Shown here piece after piece: positions 9,709-18,749 of a stretch of DNA of 64,000 nucleotides. The position numbers and the translations under genes were made by a program. Every line of letters starts with the position of its first letter. Positions within the stretch are counted from its first letter, which is position 1. The DNA is from Minisyncoccota bacterium (GTDB lineage Bacteria; Patescibacteriota; Minisyncoccia; UBA6257; GWB1-50-10), in NCBI GenBank assembly GCA_020059915.1, contig JAGVBB010000002.1, positions 62,129 through 126,128 of the forward strand, given 5' to 3'. The notes under the pieces were generated by a model that searched no databases, was not told the origin of the DNA, and was given only the letters and a program-made list of their open reading frames with translations.

Positions 9709-10303
9709 CAATTATTTTTCCTCTTGAAGGGAAATTTGATTTGGTCCATGATTTGGAAAATTCTGACCATCCGAAATATGTCATACGTTGGTCAACCCAT
9801 GGAACCTGCAATATGTTTTCTGAAAAATATCTCACACCAAGAGCTTCAATTTGTTTTCCAAATATTTGTTTATCAATAAACAAACACAGCGCAATCATTT
9901 CTATATCAGAAAGTGGAAACCTTTTTTTTCTAAGAATATCTTTCTGTGCTGTAAATTGGGAAGCTCCAACATACTCATTGCCAGCAAACACACTAGTTAT
10001 AAAATATGGTTCAACAGATTCTCCAAATTCATAATGAATAGAATCGGGTATCCCTTTTTGTTCATCTATTCCAATCCAACCAAGTTGTTTTTCAATTGGG
10101 ACAAGCCCCAACGGAATAACCGGTATAAATGAATAGTATTCTTCCCGAATTTCTGGAATGTTTATCTTTCGGACCTCCTCCCACAACTTACTACACTTCT
10201 CCGCAAGTACCAATAACACCTCTTTGGGGCACCCAAGTTTGTCCAACTTTTGCATTTGCATTCCAAAGGTTGAAACAAAGGAATCATGTTTTATGTGACT
10301 CAT
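9704..10303 (-). CDS. hypothetical protein
   Basis: 199-aa ORF with its own terminator; no recognised family. Confidence 0.4.
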   Translation of the reverse strand: MSHIKHDSFVSTFGMQMQKLDKLGCPKEVLLVLAEKCSKLWEEVRKINIPEIREEYYSFIPVIPLGLVPIEKQLGWIGIDEQKGIPDSIHYEFGESVEPYFITSVFAGNEYVGASQFTAQKDILRKKRFPLSDIEMIALCLFIDKQIFGKQIEALGVRYFSENILQVPWVDQRMTYFGWSEFSKSWTKSNFPSRGKIIV

Positions 10304-10413
10304 TACAAATCTCCTTATAATGTTATTTTTTATGTTCTAATATTGTTAAAGCTCTTTTTCATTACATTGTCAAACGGAATTGCGTTTTTAAAAATATATG
10401 GTACGATACTACT

Positions 10414-10914
10414 ATTCAGTATAGAATCAACAATCAAATAATAGCCAAGGAACTTCGCGTCATAACTGAGACGGGTGATAACCTCGGGGTTATGTCTAAA
10501 GAACAGGCGCTCCAGGAGGCAAAAATGAGAGGTCTCGACCTCATAGAAATTGCATCCCAAGCGACCCCACCCGTTGCGAAAATTATCGGATTTGATAAAT
10601 TCCGTTATCAGCAAGACAAAGAAGAAAAGAAAAAGAGAATCACCCAAAAAACGAAAGATCTCAAACAAGTACGAATCACTCCTCGTGCAGGAAAAAATGA
10701 TCTTTTGGTGAAGGTAAAGAAGGTAGAAGAGTTCTTATCTGATGGTCACAAGGTTGAAATCAATCTATTCCTCAGGGGTCGCGAAAAAGGCAATAAAGAT
10801 TGGGGGTTAAAAAAATTACAAGAATTTCTGGAACTCATAACTATTCCACACCAAATCACACTAGCCCCAAAACCAGGTGGAAGAGGATTTGTAACCCAGG
10901 TTGCTAAGAAATAA
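10414..10914 (+). CDS. infC: translation initiation factor IF-3, probable AUU start
   Basis: RINNQIIAKELRVITETGDNLGVMSKEQAL... matches the IF-3 N and C domains; the frame is open upstream of the first AUG and an in-frame ATT sits at 10414, the classic infC non-AUG start. Confidence 0.8.
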   Translation: MQYRINNQIIAKELRVITETGDNLGVMSKEQALQEAKMRGLDLIEIASQATPPVAKIIGFDKFRYQQDKEEKKKRITQKTKDLKQVRITPRAGKNDLLVKVKKVEEFLSDGHKVEINLFLRGREKGNKDWGLKKLQEFLELITIPHQITLAPKPGGRGFVTQVAKK

Positions 10915-10919
10915 GAAAT

Positions 10920-11099
10920 ATGAAAAAAACAAAGAAAAGCGTAACAAAGAGAATCCGAGTAACCAAAAATGGGAAAGTTGCACGACGCCCAATGGCACTT
11001 GGACACTCACGAAGTAATAAGTCGGGAACACAGATGGGAAGAAAAAAAGGAGATCGCGGTCTTTCTCTTCCTATGTCAACAATAAAGAAATACATATAA
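10920..11099 (+). CDS. rpmI: 50S ribosomal protein L35
   Basis: MKKTKKSVTKRIRVTKNGKVARRP...; 59 aa, below the ORF-track cutoff; canonical infC-rpmI-rplT order. Confidence 0.8.
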   Translation: MKKTKKSVTKRIRVTKNGKVARRPMALGHSRSNKSGTQMGRKKGDRGLSLPMSTIKKYI

Positions 11100-11106
11100 A
11101 TAATTT

Positions 11107-11451
11107 ATGACACGAGTAAAAAGAGGAACTACTGCACACAAAAAACGTGAAAGGCTCCTAAAACTTACCAAGGGATATCGTTGGGGAAGAAAGTCAAAGG
11201 AACGATTAGCAAAAGAGGCACTTCTCCATGGACTTTCCAGGATGTTTCGAGGAAGAAAAGAAAAAAAGAGAAATTTCCGTTCACTGTGGCAAACTAAAAT
11301 AAATGCTGCAGCAAGAACAGAAGGAACAAAATACAGTACATTTATTGCAGCACTCAAGAAAAAGAATGTTGCACTAGATAGAAAAATATTAGCGATGCTT
11401 GCAGAAGAACAACCATCAGTATTCAAAAAGATAGTAGAATTTGTAAAATAA
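11107..11451 (+). CDS. rplT: 50S ribosomal protein L20
   Basis: MTRVKRGTTAHKKRERLLKLTKGYRWGRKS... L20 signature. Confidence 0.9.
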   Translation: MTRVKRGTTAHKKRERLLKLTKGYRWGRKSKERLAKEALLHGLSRMFRGRKEKKRNFRSLWQTKINAAARTEGTKYSTFIAALKKKNVALDRKILAMLAEEQPSVFKKIVEFVK

Positions 11452-11457
11452 GCACTT

Positions 11458-11488
11458 TAAACCCCACATACGTGGGGTTTAAATTTTC
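11458..11488 (+). terminator. intrinsic terminator after rplT
   Basis: aaaccccacatacgtggggttt plus a T-run. Confidence 0.65.
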
Positions 11489-11781
11489 CAACCAAACTTT
11501 TTTAAATCTATCTTTTCTTTTTTTATTATAATACCCTCACTCGTGAGTATTTTTTTCTTTTTTCTTACTCCCCCACCATATCCACCAATATATCCATTAG
11601 AACAAACTACGCGGTGGCATGGAATGACGATTGGATATTTATTCTGGTGAAGTGCGTTCCCGGCCGCCCGATATGCGCGCTCGTTCCCTGCTATACGGGC
11701 GATTCCTTGGTAAGTCGTTACTTTGCCCTTCGGCACCAGTTTTACTATCTCTAATATTTTTTTTGCGAACAATTGTTCCAT
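11479..11781 (-). CDS. methylated-DNA-protein-cysteine methyltransferase family (MGMT/Ogt DNA-binding domain with PCHRV active site)
   Basis: ...TTYQGIARIAG...IPCHRVV motif; 100 aa single-domain form. Confidence 0.7.
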   Translation of the reverse strand: MEQLFAKKILEIVKLVPKGKVTTYQGIARIAGNERAYRAAGNALHQNKYPIVIPCHRVVCSNGYIGGYGGGVRKKKKILTSEGIIIKKEKIDLKKFGWKI

Positions 11782-12202
11782 ATGCCTTTTTTAGGTTTTG
11801 TTTTAATGTTGGAGAAATAAGAAATCGTGATGCATCTCGGTATAAAAACCACCCATATCCCTCATGTTTTTCTCCTTCATGCGACTCGGGGACTATTTTA
11901 ATGCGAACCTCCTGCTTCTTTGTTTCTGCAAGATAGTAGGTTACTGTTTTGTATATCTTTTCTTTATTTCTTGAATAAGAAAATTTATCTTGAACACGAA
12001 ACCATTCTCGAAAACGCAAATCACGTTCTAATATTCCTGTTTCTTCTTTTACTTCCCTCAATGCCGCCTTGAAATTTGATTCACCATCTAATTTTCCTTT
12101 TGGAAAATTCCAATATGGACCTCCATGATACAATAGCAAAAATTTTGGACCTTCCTTAGTCCTTCGATAAATTATTATACCCGCAGAATACTCTGTTTTC
12201 AT
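11639..12202 (-). CDS. Nudix hydrolase
   Basis: Nudix box GKLDGESNFKAALREVKEETGI; its 3' ~140 nt overlap the MGMT gene out of frame, see findings. Confidence 0.7.
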   Translation of the reverse strand: MKTEYSAGIIIYRRTKEGPKFLLLYHGGPYWNFPKGKLDGESNFKAALREVKEETGILERDLRFREWFRVQDKFSYSRNKEKIYKTVTYYLAETKKQEVRIKIVPESHEGEKHEGYGWFLYRDASRFLISPTLKQNLKKAYGTIVRKKNIRDSKTGAEGQSNDLPRNRPYSRERARISGGRERTSPE

Positions 12203-12218
12203 AAAAATATATTATCTA

Positions 12219-14723
12219 TTACCCCTCATTACTCCAAACAAAAGAATTATCAACAAACGAAACAGTTGTTACGTGTCCGCGCACTATTTCTCTTCTTAAT
12301 ATCTTTTCAGCAAGAACACTTCTAATGTTTTCTGATATAGTCTGACGCAATGGACGAGCACCAAATGCCGGACTATAACCAATACGAGCAATCTCAGAAA
12401 GCGCAGAATCGTCAACAACAAGGTCAACGCCCTGTGATTCACGCAACGTATTGATAACCTCCCCCATAAGAAGTTTTGTGACCTGTTTTGTCTCGTCTGG
12501 GGTTAGCGATCTAAAGACAATAATATCAGAAAAACGATTTATAAGCTCGGGCTTAAAATAGTCGGTAAGTTTTCTTTTTACATCTTCCGCAATCTCTTCA
12601 CTCTTCCGTCCTTTTTCAATTTCATTTTTTATAAATTCAGAGTGTGCATTTGATGTTGCAATAATTATTGTGTTCTCAAAATTTACAACCCTCCCCAAAT
12701 TATCAGTAAGTCGTCCATCATCAAAAACTTGGAGAAACAAATTTAAAATATCCGGATGAGCTTTTTCAAATTCGTCTAATAACACAAGGCTGTATGGTGT
12801 TTTTAGCACCGCATCAGTAAGAGCACCCGAACGCTCTCCATCTGAACTTCCAATAAAACGAGAAATACTTTGTTTGTCTTGATATTCAGACATATCAAAT
12901 CTGATCATGGTACTCCCAGAACCAAATTGAATTTTATTAAGAATTTTTGCAAGTTCTGTTTTTCCAACACCAGTCGGTCCAACGAAGAGAAATGTTGCAA
13001 TCGGACCACCCTTCCTTGAAAGCCCACTTCTATATTCGCGGAGCGATCGAGATACTGAAGATACTGCAGGATTCTGGTTTATCAACTTCTTATGAATCAA
13101 TTCTTCAAGATTTAACAACTTCTCTGCTTCAAGGGCGCCAGCTGTTTCTATAGGAATTCTGGTTTGCATCTCTGCAATTCTAATAATATCCTCTTCTTCT
13201 AGAACCTTTTTTCTCTCTTCTTTTGCAGTCATGAGCGCCTGTTTTAATAAATCAGACGCACTTCCCGGAAGAAGTTTTTCGTGAAAATATCGATGTGCAA
13301 TTTTTACAGAACGCTCGATTGCTCGAAATGTTATAAAAATTCTGAATTGCTTCTCTAACAATAAAGATTGATACACAAGAAAACGAATTGCTTCTTTTTC
13401 TGATATTTCACTAATACTTACCACATCAAATTGATCAAGAAAATCAGTTCTTGGTTCTATATATGTCTTAAATTCCCTAGGAAAACTTTCTCCGATTACG
13501 GGAATTGTCTCGCTCTTTATTATCGGAAGAAGAATATCAACTGCATTTATACCCCCTCTCTCAGTACTTGTTCTAAATAGATTGTGTAGCTCTGGAATGT
13601 GCAAAACAATATTCCCCGCTAATATAACTTCATCAGTAATTTCCCGCAATCTTCCTATTAATACCTCTGTGTTTGTATTTGCAACAAGTGCTGGAATATC
13701 TAAAGAAACAAGGCGTTTGTCATAGAGTCCAGACGGGACATCATCTTTTACCATTCTATACGCAAGATGTGCAACCATTGATGATTTTCCGGCACCAGGA
13801 TCACCAACAAGAACAACGTTTTGCTTTCCTGGACGAGAAAGTGTGTGTAATAGCACATTCATTTCCTCATTGTGACCAATGAGAAACCCTATTTTCTCCT
13901 GAAGAGCGAACTCAGTAAGATCAGTACTAAATTGATCAAGCATCGGTGTTGGGCGCGCCGTCCATGATCGATTAATAACCCTTTTTCTTAGGCGCATTGG
14001 ACGATGGATAAAGCCACCTAAAACAGCGGGGATTCTTCGTATACCAAAAAACATTCTTCCCCACTTCCCAAAGATAATTGCCTCCTGCACGGTATCCTCT
14101 TCAAGGTTAAAAAGATCAAACACCTTTGCGACCGATGAATCTCCAGAAATAGATAGGGCAACAAAAAGATTTCTCGGATGCGTATATTGTTCCCCTGTAT
14201 CAATAGCATTCTGAAATGCAACAATAACAAGTGACTCAATATTTTTTAAAAAATATTCTTTATTTGCCTCCTGTATAATATCTTTTGTTTCAAGTAGTGC
14301 CTCTGTTTTTTTCTGCATATCAACAGATTTAACACCAAGCCTTCGAAGCGCTTCCTTTATATCTCTCCTCCCCAAAAGTTCTAACAAGAGAATAAGGTTG
14401 AAGCTCTTTTTTAAAACAATCGCCTTTCGTAAGGAATAATTAAGTATGTGATAACTCTGCGGAGAGCAAGAAAGCGCAACATTTTTATTTCCTTTTTTTA
14501 ATTCGTATATGGTGCGCTCCCCATGTCGAATATGAAACAATCGATCAATAATAAAAAGGGAAAGAAGTATGCCCAAACTTCTTTCTGATGCATTTTCAGA
14601 AAGAATAAGGAAAAAAGCAGAGATACCAACTCCAGCATAAACAGAATAGGAAACCAAACGAACAAAAAATTCTCCAGTTGCAGAAAGTAATAGACGTGGT
14701 TCTTTATAAAATAGTTCTTTCAT
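12219..14723 (-). CDS. Clp/Hsp100 family AAA+ ATPase (ClpC-like, two nucleotide-binding domains)
   Basis: D1 Walker A GDPGAGKSS; D2 GPTGVGKTELAK, Walker B LLDEFEKAHPD, sensor ATSN; short middle region; D1 Walker B reads IPE instead of IDE; the first ~70 aa are hydrophobic. Confidence 0.8.
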   Translation of the reverse strand: MKELFYKEPRLLLSATGEFFVRLVSYSVYAGVGISAFFLILSENASERSLGILLSLFIIDRLFHIRHGERTIYELKKGNKNVALSCSPQSYHILNYSLRKAIVLKKSFNLILLLELLGRRDIKEALRRLGVKSVDMQKKTEALLETKDIIQEANKEYFLKNIESLVIVAFQNAIDTGEQYTHPRNLFVALSISGDSSVAKVFDLFNLEEDTVQEAIIFGKWGRMFFGIRRIPAVLGGFIHRPMRLRKRVINRSWTARPTPMLDQFSTDLTEFALQEKIGFLIGHNEEMNVLLHTLSRPGKQNVVLVGDPGAGKSSMVAHLAYRMVKDDVPSGLYDKRLVSLDIPALVANTNTEVLIGRLREITDEVILAGNIVLHIPELHNLFRTSTERGGINAVDILLPIIKSETIPVIGESFPREFKTYIEPRTDFLDQFDVVSISEISEKEAIRFLVYQSLLLEKQFRIFITFRAIERSVKIAHRYFHEKLLPGSASDLLKQALMTAKEERKKVLEEEDIIRIAEMQTRIPIETAGALEAEKLLNLEELIHKKLINQNPAVSSVSRSLREYRSGLSRKGGPIATFLFVGPTGVGKTELAKILNKIQFGSGSTMIRFDMSEYQDKQSISRFIGSSDGERSGALTDAVLKTPYSLVLLDEFEKAHPDILNLFLQVFDDGRLTDNLGRVVNFENTIIIATSNAHSEFIKNEIEKGRKSEEIAEDVKRKLTDYFKPELINRFSDIIVFRSLTPDETKQVTKLLMGEVINTLRESQGVDLVVDDSALSEIARIGYSPAFGARPLRQTISENIRSVLAEKILRREIVRGHVTTVSFVDNSFVWSNEG

Positions 14724-14732
14724 ACATAAAAA

Positions 14733-15077
14733 TTACCAACGTATCGCAGATAATAATAATATTGGTGGAATTGCCAGCCAGACGACATATACCATTGCGG
14801 CAATAAAGAAGAATATTACATATATAATACTCGCAACCAACAAACGTATTGAGCGAAAAACAAAACCAATAACATATCCAATAATTGTATAGTCCTTATA
14901 AAGTGGCTGAAATATGTTCTTCAGTGTCACCATCCAAGCAAACCGTCTATCAAGACGCTCAAATTTTGTAATAACAAAATCAGAATAAATACGCGCACTA
15001 CGCACGTACCAGTGTCTTAAAAACTCAAAAATCCTAAACACAAGCCTCTTACCAAGAAAGACTACCGAAAGATTCAT
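14733..15077 (-). CDS. small hypothetical membrane protein
   Basis: 114 aa with a C-terminal hydrophobic segment; 9 nt upstream of the clpC-like gene. Confidence 0.3.
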   Translation of the reverse strand: MNLSVVFLGKRLVFRIFEFLRHWYVRSARIYSDFVITKFERLDRRFAWMVTLKNIFQPLYKDYTIIGYVIGFVFRSIRLLVASIIYVIFFFIAAMVYVVWLAIPPILLLSAIRW

Positions 15078-15093
15078 TAATATTAATTATATC

Positions 15094-15666
15094 TTATTTT
15101 ACAGAAATTAACTTCTCTACTTTCTCTATTGCTTTTGGTAGTTTTTTTATACTCTCTTTAAATACTGCCATCATGGTGTTCCCTCGAAGCGCCGCAGCAG
15201 GATGAAGTATTGGATATACAAAATATCTATCTGTATGAAAAAGTTTTCCCTGGTCTCTTGTTATTTTTGCTAAAGGAAGGAAATAGTTCATTGAGAATCT
15301 TCCAAGTGGAACAATTAGTGTTGGGTTTATTATTTCAATTTGCCTTGTTAGATACGGCTTATATAAACTAATCTCCTCAGGAAGTGGGTCTCTATTATCT
15401 GGTGGCCTCCTCTTAACAATATTTGTTATATAAACGTCCTCACGTCTCCACCCAATCTCCTCAAGAGATTTGGTTAATAACTGTCCAGCACGCCCAACAA
15501 ACGGACGACCAAGTGTGTCCTCTCGCTCCCCTGGGGCCTCTCCAATAAACAAAACTTTACAATTAATATCCCCCTCCCCAAAAACAAGATTTGTAGAAAG
15601 TGGTAACCGCTTATCTTTCTCCATTTCTTTTCTCAACTCTATGAGTCCTATCTCTTTCTTGTTCAT
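15094..15666 (-). CDS. uracil-DNA glycosylase, family 4
   Basis: GEAPGEREDTLGRPFVGRAGQLL motif. Confidence 0.8.
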   Translation of the reverse strand: MNKKEIGLIELRKEMEKDKRLPLSTNLVFGEGDINCKVLFIGEAPGEREDTLGRPFVGRAGQLLTKSLEEIGWRREDVYITNIVKRRPPDNRDPLPEEISLYKPYLTRQIEIINPTLIVPLGRFSMNYFLPLAKITRDQGKLFHTDRYFVYPILHPAAALRGNTMMAVFKESIKKLPKAIEKVEKLISVK

Positions 15667-15673
15667 ATTTTAT

Positions 15674-16579
15674 TTATAAATATCTAATCTCTTCTTCCAA
15701 AGAAATATCAAAATGTTTTAAAACCTTTTTCTTTAAAAGTTTTGCGATTGATTTTGCATCTTTTGCCGTACCATTTTTCATATTTATAATACAATTTGCG
15801 TGAAAATCAGCGACGCACATCCCTCCACACGAAATGCCCTTTGCACCAACTGACTCCAAAATATAACCAACAGGAATCTTCCCATCAATGATTTTCGACA
15901 CATCAACTTTTTTTAATACACTTGGTGAAACCTTAGAAATTTGTACGTTTTTGAAATAACTTCCAGGACATTTAATTTTTGGAGAATATTTTTTATTCCG
16001 TGTATTAATAATTTTTTTAGAGATTATATTTAACTCCTTGGAATCACCTTTTTTAAAACGAAATTCTGCATAAAGCAAAACACAAGGGCTGTGTTTTAGC
16101 GCACTCTCTCTATATCCAAACTTACAGTCCTTTTTGGAGACCCATTTTACTTTCCCATCACACAACACACGAACACGGACAATGTAGTCACTAATTGAAC
16201 CACCATAGGCGCCGGCATTACCAATAATAGCACCACCAAGTGTTCCAGGAATTCCAGAAAGCATTTCTATCCCCTTATATCCATTTTTTATTACAAACCT
16301 AATAAATTGATCAAGTGGTATGCCAGCGTCTGCAATAACTTTTCCATTTATTATTTTTATTTTTCCACCACCAACTTTTATAACAAGTCCCTTTATTTTT
16401 TCGGGACAAACAATATTACTTCCCCCACCGATTACATTCCATTGCTTTTTGTTTTTTTCTGCCCATTGTATTACCTCTAAAAACTCATTTTCTTTTTTTG
16501 GTTCACAAAAATATTCTGCAACACTTTTAATACCAAACGTATTTAACTTCGTTAGATTTTTATTTTTTATGATCTTCAC
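15674..16579 (-). CDS. murB: UDP-N-acetylenolpyruvoylglucosamine reductase
   Basis: FAD-binding N-terminal region (NTFGIKSVAEYF...GGGSNI) and MurB C-terminal domain; 301 aa. Confidence 0.8.
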   Translation of the reverse strand: MKIIKNKNLTKLNTFGIKSVAEYFCEPKKENEFLEVIQWAEKNKKQWNVIGGGSNIVCPEKIKGLVIKVGGGKIKIINGKVIADAGIPLDQFIRFVIKNGYKGIEMLSGIPGTLGGAIIGNAGAYGGSISDYIVRVRVLCDGKVKWVSKKDCKFGYRESALKHSPCVLLYAEFRFKKGDSKELNIISKKIINTRNKKYSPKIKCPGSYFKNVQISKVSPSVLKKVDVSKIIDGKIPVGYILESVGAKGISCGGMCVADFHANCIINMKNGTAKDAKSIAKLLKKKVLKHFDISLEEEIRYL

Positions 16580-16670
16580 AATATTATTGTATATCCAAAA
16601 AAGATGTCAGAATATTTGACAGAATATGAAAAAATATTTATTATATATACAACATTAAAAAGGAGGTTTT

Positions 16671-17198
16671 GTGGAAAAGATAAAATTTGATGCAAAACGA
16701 TCAGTGTCTCTATTTGGAAGTATCACAAATCAATCCATAGGAGATTTGTCGGCAGGAATGATGAAACTGTATGAAGAAGATAAAGAAAAACCAATATTTC
16801 TCTTTATTAACACATCAGGAGGAATTGCCTCACTTGCCTACGGATTTTACGATACTATAAAGGCTTTTAACGTTCCTCTTGTAACAATTCTTTTTGGGAA
16901 AGTTTCATCGTCCGGTCTTATTATCTTCCTCTCTGCAAAAAGTGAAAATCGATTTATTACTGAGCACTCACTCATTTCCCCACAAAAAACAAAAGCAGAT
17001 TACAATGAAAATGTTGCTGAAGTAAATATAGAAGAATCAAGAATGGTGGAGAAATTTCTAAAACAAATTCTCGCTGACGAAACGATGATAAAAACAGAAA
17101 CAAAATTTAGAGAATTTATTGGAAAGAATTTCATTTCCCCAGAAGAATGTGTTGAGTTGTGTATAGCAAACTATATTGAACAACTGCTAAAAACCTAA
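16671..17198 (+). CDS. ClpP-family protein, probably non-catalytic
   Basis: Aligns to the ClpP core (IFLFINTSGGIASLAYGFYDTIKAF..., Ser retained in GKVSSSG) but the catalytic His of MIHQP reads ISPQ and the protein is short (175 aa). Confidence 0.5.
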   Translation: MEKIKFDAKRSVSLFGSITNQSIGDLSAGMMKLYEEDKEKPIFLFINTSGGIASLAYGFYDTIKAFNVPLVTILFGKVSSSGLIIFLSAKSENRFITEHSLISPQKTKADYNENVAEVNIEESRMVEKFLKQILADETMIKTETKFREFIGKNFISPEECVELCIANYIEQLLKT

Positions 17199-17222
17199 TC
17201 CCGCTTATGCGGGATTTTTATT
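17197..17222 (+). terminator. intrinsic terminator
   Basis: aatcccgcttatgcgggatt plus a T-run. Confidence 0.6.
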
Positions 17223-17223
17223 G

Positions 17224-17295
17224 TGCCCTTGGGTGGAATCGAACCACCACCACCTCCTTCGGAGGGAGATATTGTATCCATTCAACTACAAGGGC
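17224..17295 (-). tRNA. tRNA-Arg (anticodon CCG)
   Basis: Manual cloverleaf from the reverse complement: acceptor GCCCUUG/CAAGGGC, D-arm GUUG-AAUGGAUA-CAAU, anticodon stem UCUCC/GGAGG with loop CU-CCG-AA, T-arm GGUGG-UUCGAUU-CCACC, discriminator A; CCA not encoded. Confidence 0.75.
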
Positions 17296-17304
17296 GCCTC
17301 TTAA

Positions 17305-18636
17305 TTAATATATATCGTGTTTCTTAATATATTCTCGTGGAAGCCCAATCATTATTCCTAAAACACCAAAAAACATCAATCTACCAACATTGTTTGTTAT
17401 CGCGTAGTGATCAAAGAATCCCGTAAGAATAAATATTGTTATCAACAATAGTGGGAAAAAATAATCTAACAAAAATAAATTTTTTCTTCGTTCTACAATA
17501 ATTTTTATTATAGAAAAACAAAAAACTATAAACCCAAGTATTCCCAACTCCTCGGCTACAAGTAAATAAATATTATGCACGGGTTGGTGTGTCGCAAGAT
17601 TGGTGAGCTTGTAGGTATTATACAACCCTTCGCGTTCCGCACTCATGATTCCATTTCCAACACCCACACCAAATGGATATTGATTAATAAGAGAACGGGC
17701 GATATGTGAATAAATGACTCGTTCTTGTATAGCAGAATCTGTTTTTTCTACTGTACCTCGGGAAACTATTGCCCAGCCAAATATTCCAAAAACAGTGGTT
17801 CCAACAACGAGCCCAGCAATAAGCAGTTCCCTTGCAGTATGTTTGAACTGTTTTTTAAAAAATAAAAATAAAATACAAATAATGTATAAAAAGAGTGAAA
17901 CAAACCATGCGGACCGAGAAAATGAAACAATTAGACCAAGGGCGAGGAAAAAAAGTCCTATAAGCGCAACCGATCTATGTGCCACTCCGTGTCTTTTTGA
18001 TGGAGCCACAAATAAATATATCCAAGCAATAAACCCAACAACAAAGACTGCGCCCAAAATATTAGGATGAGAAAGTGTTCCATATGGACGCAAAAAAAGA
18101 GCCTCAAACACATTAAACTTTGCAATATTCCGCGTAAATTCATTAAATACTTCCTCACCCAAAAAGCGCAAACCAATACTTCCCTGATTTAAAAATTGTA
18201 ATAATGCAATTTCTACCTGAACGAGCGCGCTAACCGCAAATGCCTTCATTATATCCCGTACCGAAATGATGTGATTACGCACCAACACACCAATACAACA
18301 CATGAACAACACCGCAATAAGTATGTGAAAAGAAAAAACTACACCGAGTAATATATTATCTGCAACACTTACAGAGATAAAAGAGAGGAGAGAAAAAACT
18401 AAAAAGGGCCAATTTTCTCTACAAATCAAAGATAGTTCTTTCTTTTTATAGAAAAAAACAATGAAAATAAAGGCGATCACCAATAATTCAATCACAAATA
18501 AAAATATACTAGAAAATTCCAAAGAATAATTTTGGGCGTGGGGAACTAATGGTCCAATATATTTTTTTATATTAAACGGCAACAAAAAGAAAACTATAAT
18601 AGCAAACCATCTCAAAAAATTATTTTCTTTTGTCAT
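17305..18636 (-). CDS. polytopic membrane protein, O-antigen ligase/polymerase-like (Wzy_C-type)
   Basis: ~10-12 hydrophobic segments with a central larger loop; family assignment is by architecture only. Confidence 0.45.
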   Translation of the reverse strand: MTKENNFLRWFAIIVFFLLPFNIKKYIGPLVPHAQNYSLEFSSIFLFVIELLVIAFIFIVFFYKKKELSLICRENWPFLVFSLLSFISVSVADNILLGVVFSFHILIAVLFMCCIGVLVRNHIISVRDIMKAFAVSALVQVEIALLQFLNQGSIGLRFLGEEVFNEFTRNIAKFNVFEALFLRPYGTLSHPNILGAVFVVGFIAWIYLFVAPSKRHGVAHRSVALIGLFFLALGLIVSFSRSAWFVSLFLYIICILFLFFKKQFKHTARELLIAGLVVGTTVFGIFGWAIVSRGTVEKTDSAIQERVIYSHIARSLINQYPFGVGVGNGIMSAEREGLYNTYKLTNLATHQPVHNIYLLVAEELGILGFIVFCFSIIKIIVERRKNLFLLDYFFPLLLITIFILTGFFDHYAITNNVGRLMFFGVLGIMIGLPREYIKKHDIY

Positions 18637-18689
18637 ATATAAGGGGTGGTGTCTCTTGAATTATAACAACAAAATATACACAAAAGAAA

Positions 18690-18730
18690 AGTGCCCGCGT
18701 CTATAACAACATTCGCGAGCACTTCAATGA
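18690..18730 (-). terminator. probable minus-strand terminator
   Basis: agtgctcgcg...cgcgggcact imperfect hairpin followed by a T-rich run on the minus strand. Confidence 0.35.
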
Positions 18731-18749
18731 GTTTATTTCTTTTTTTGTT

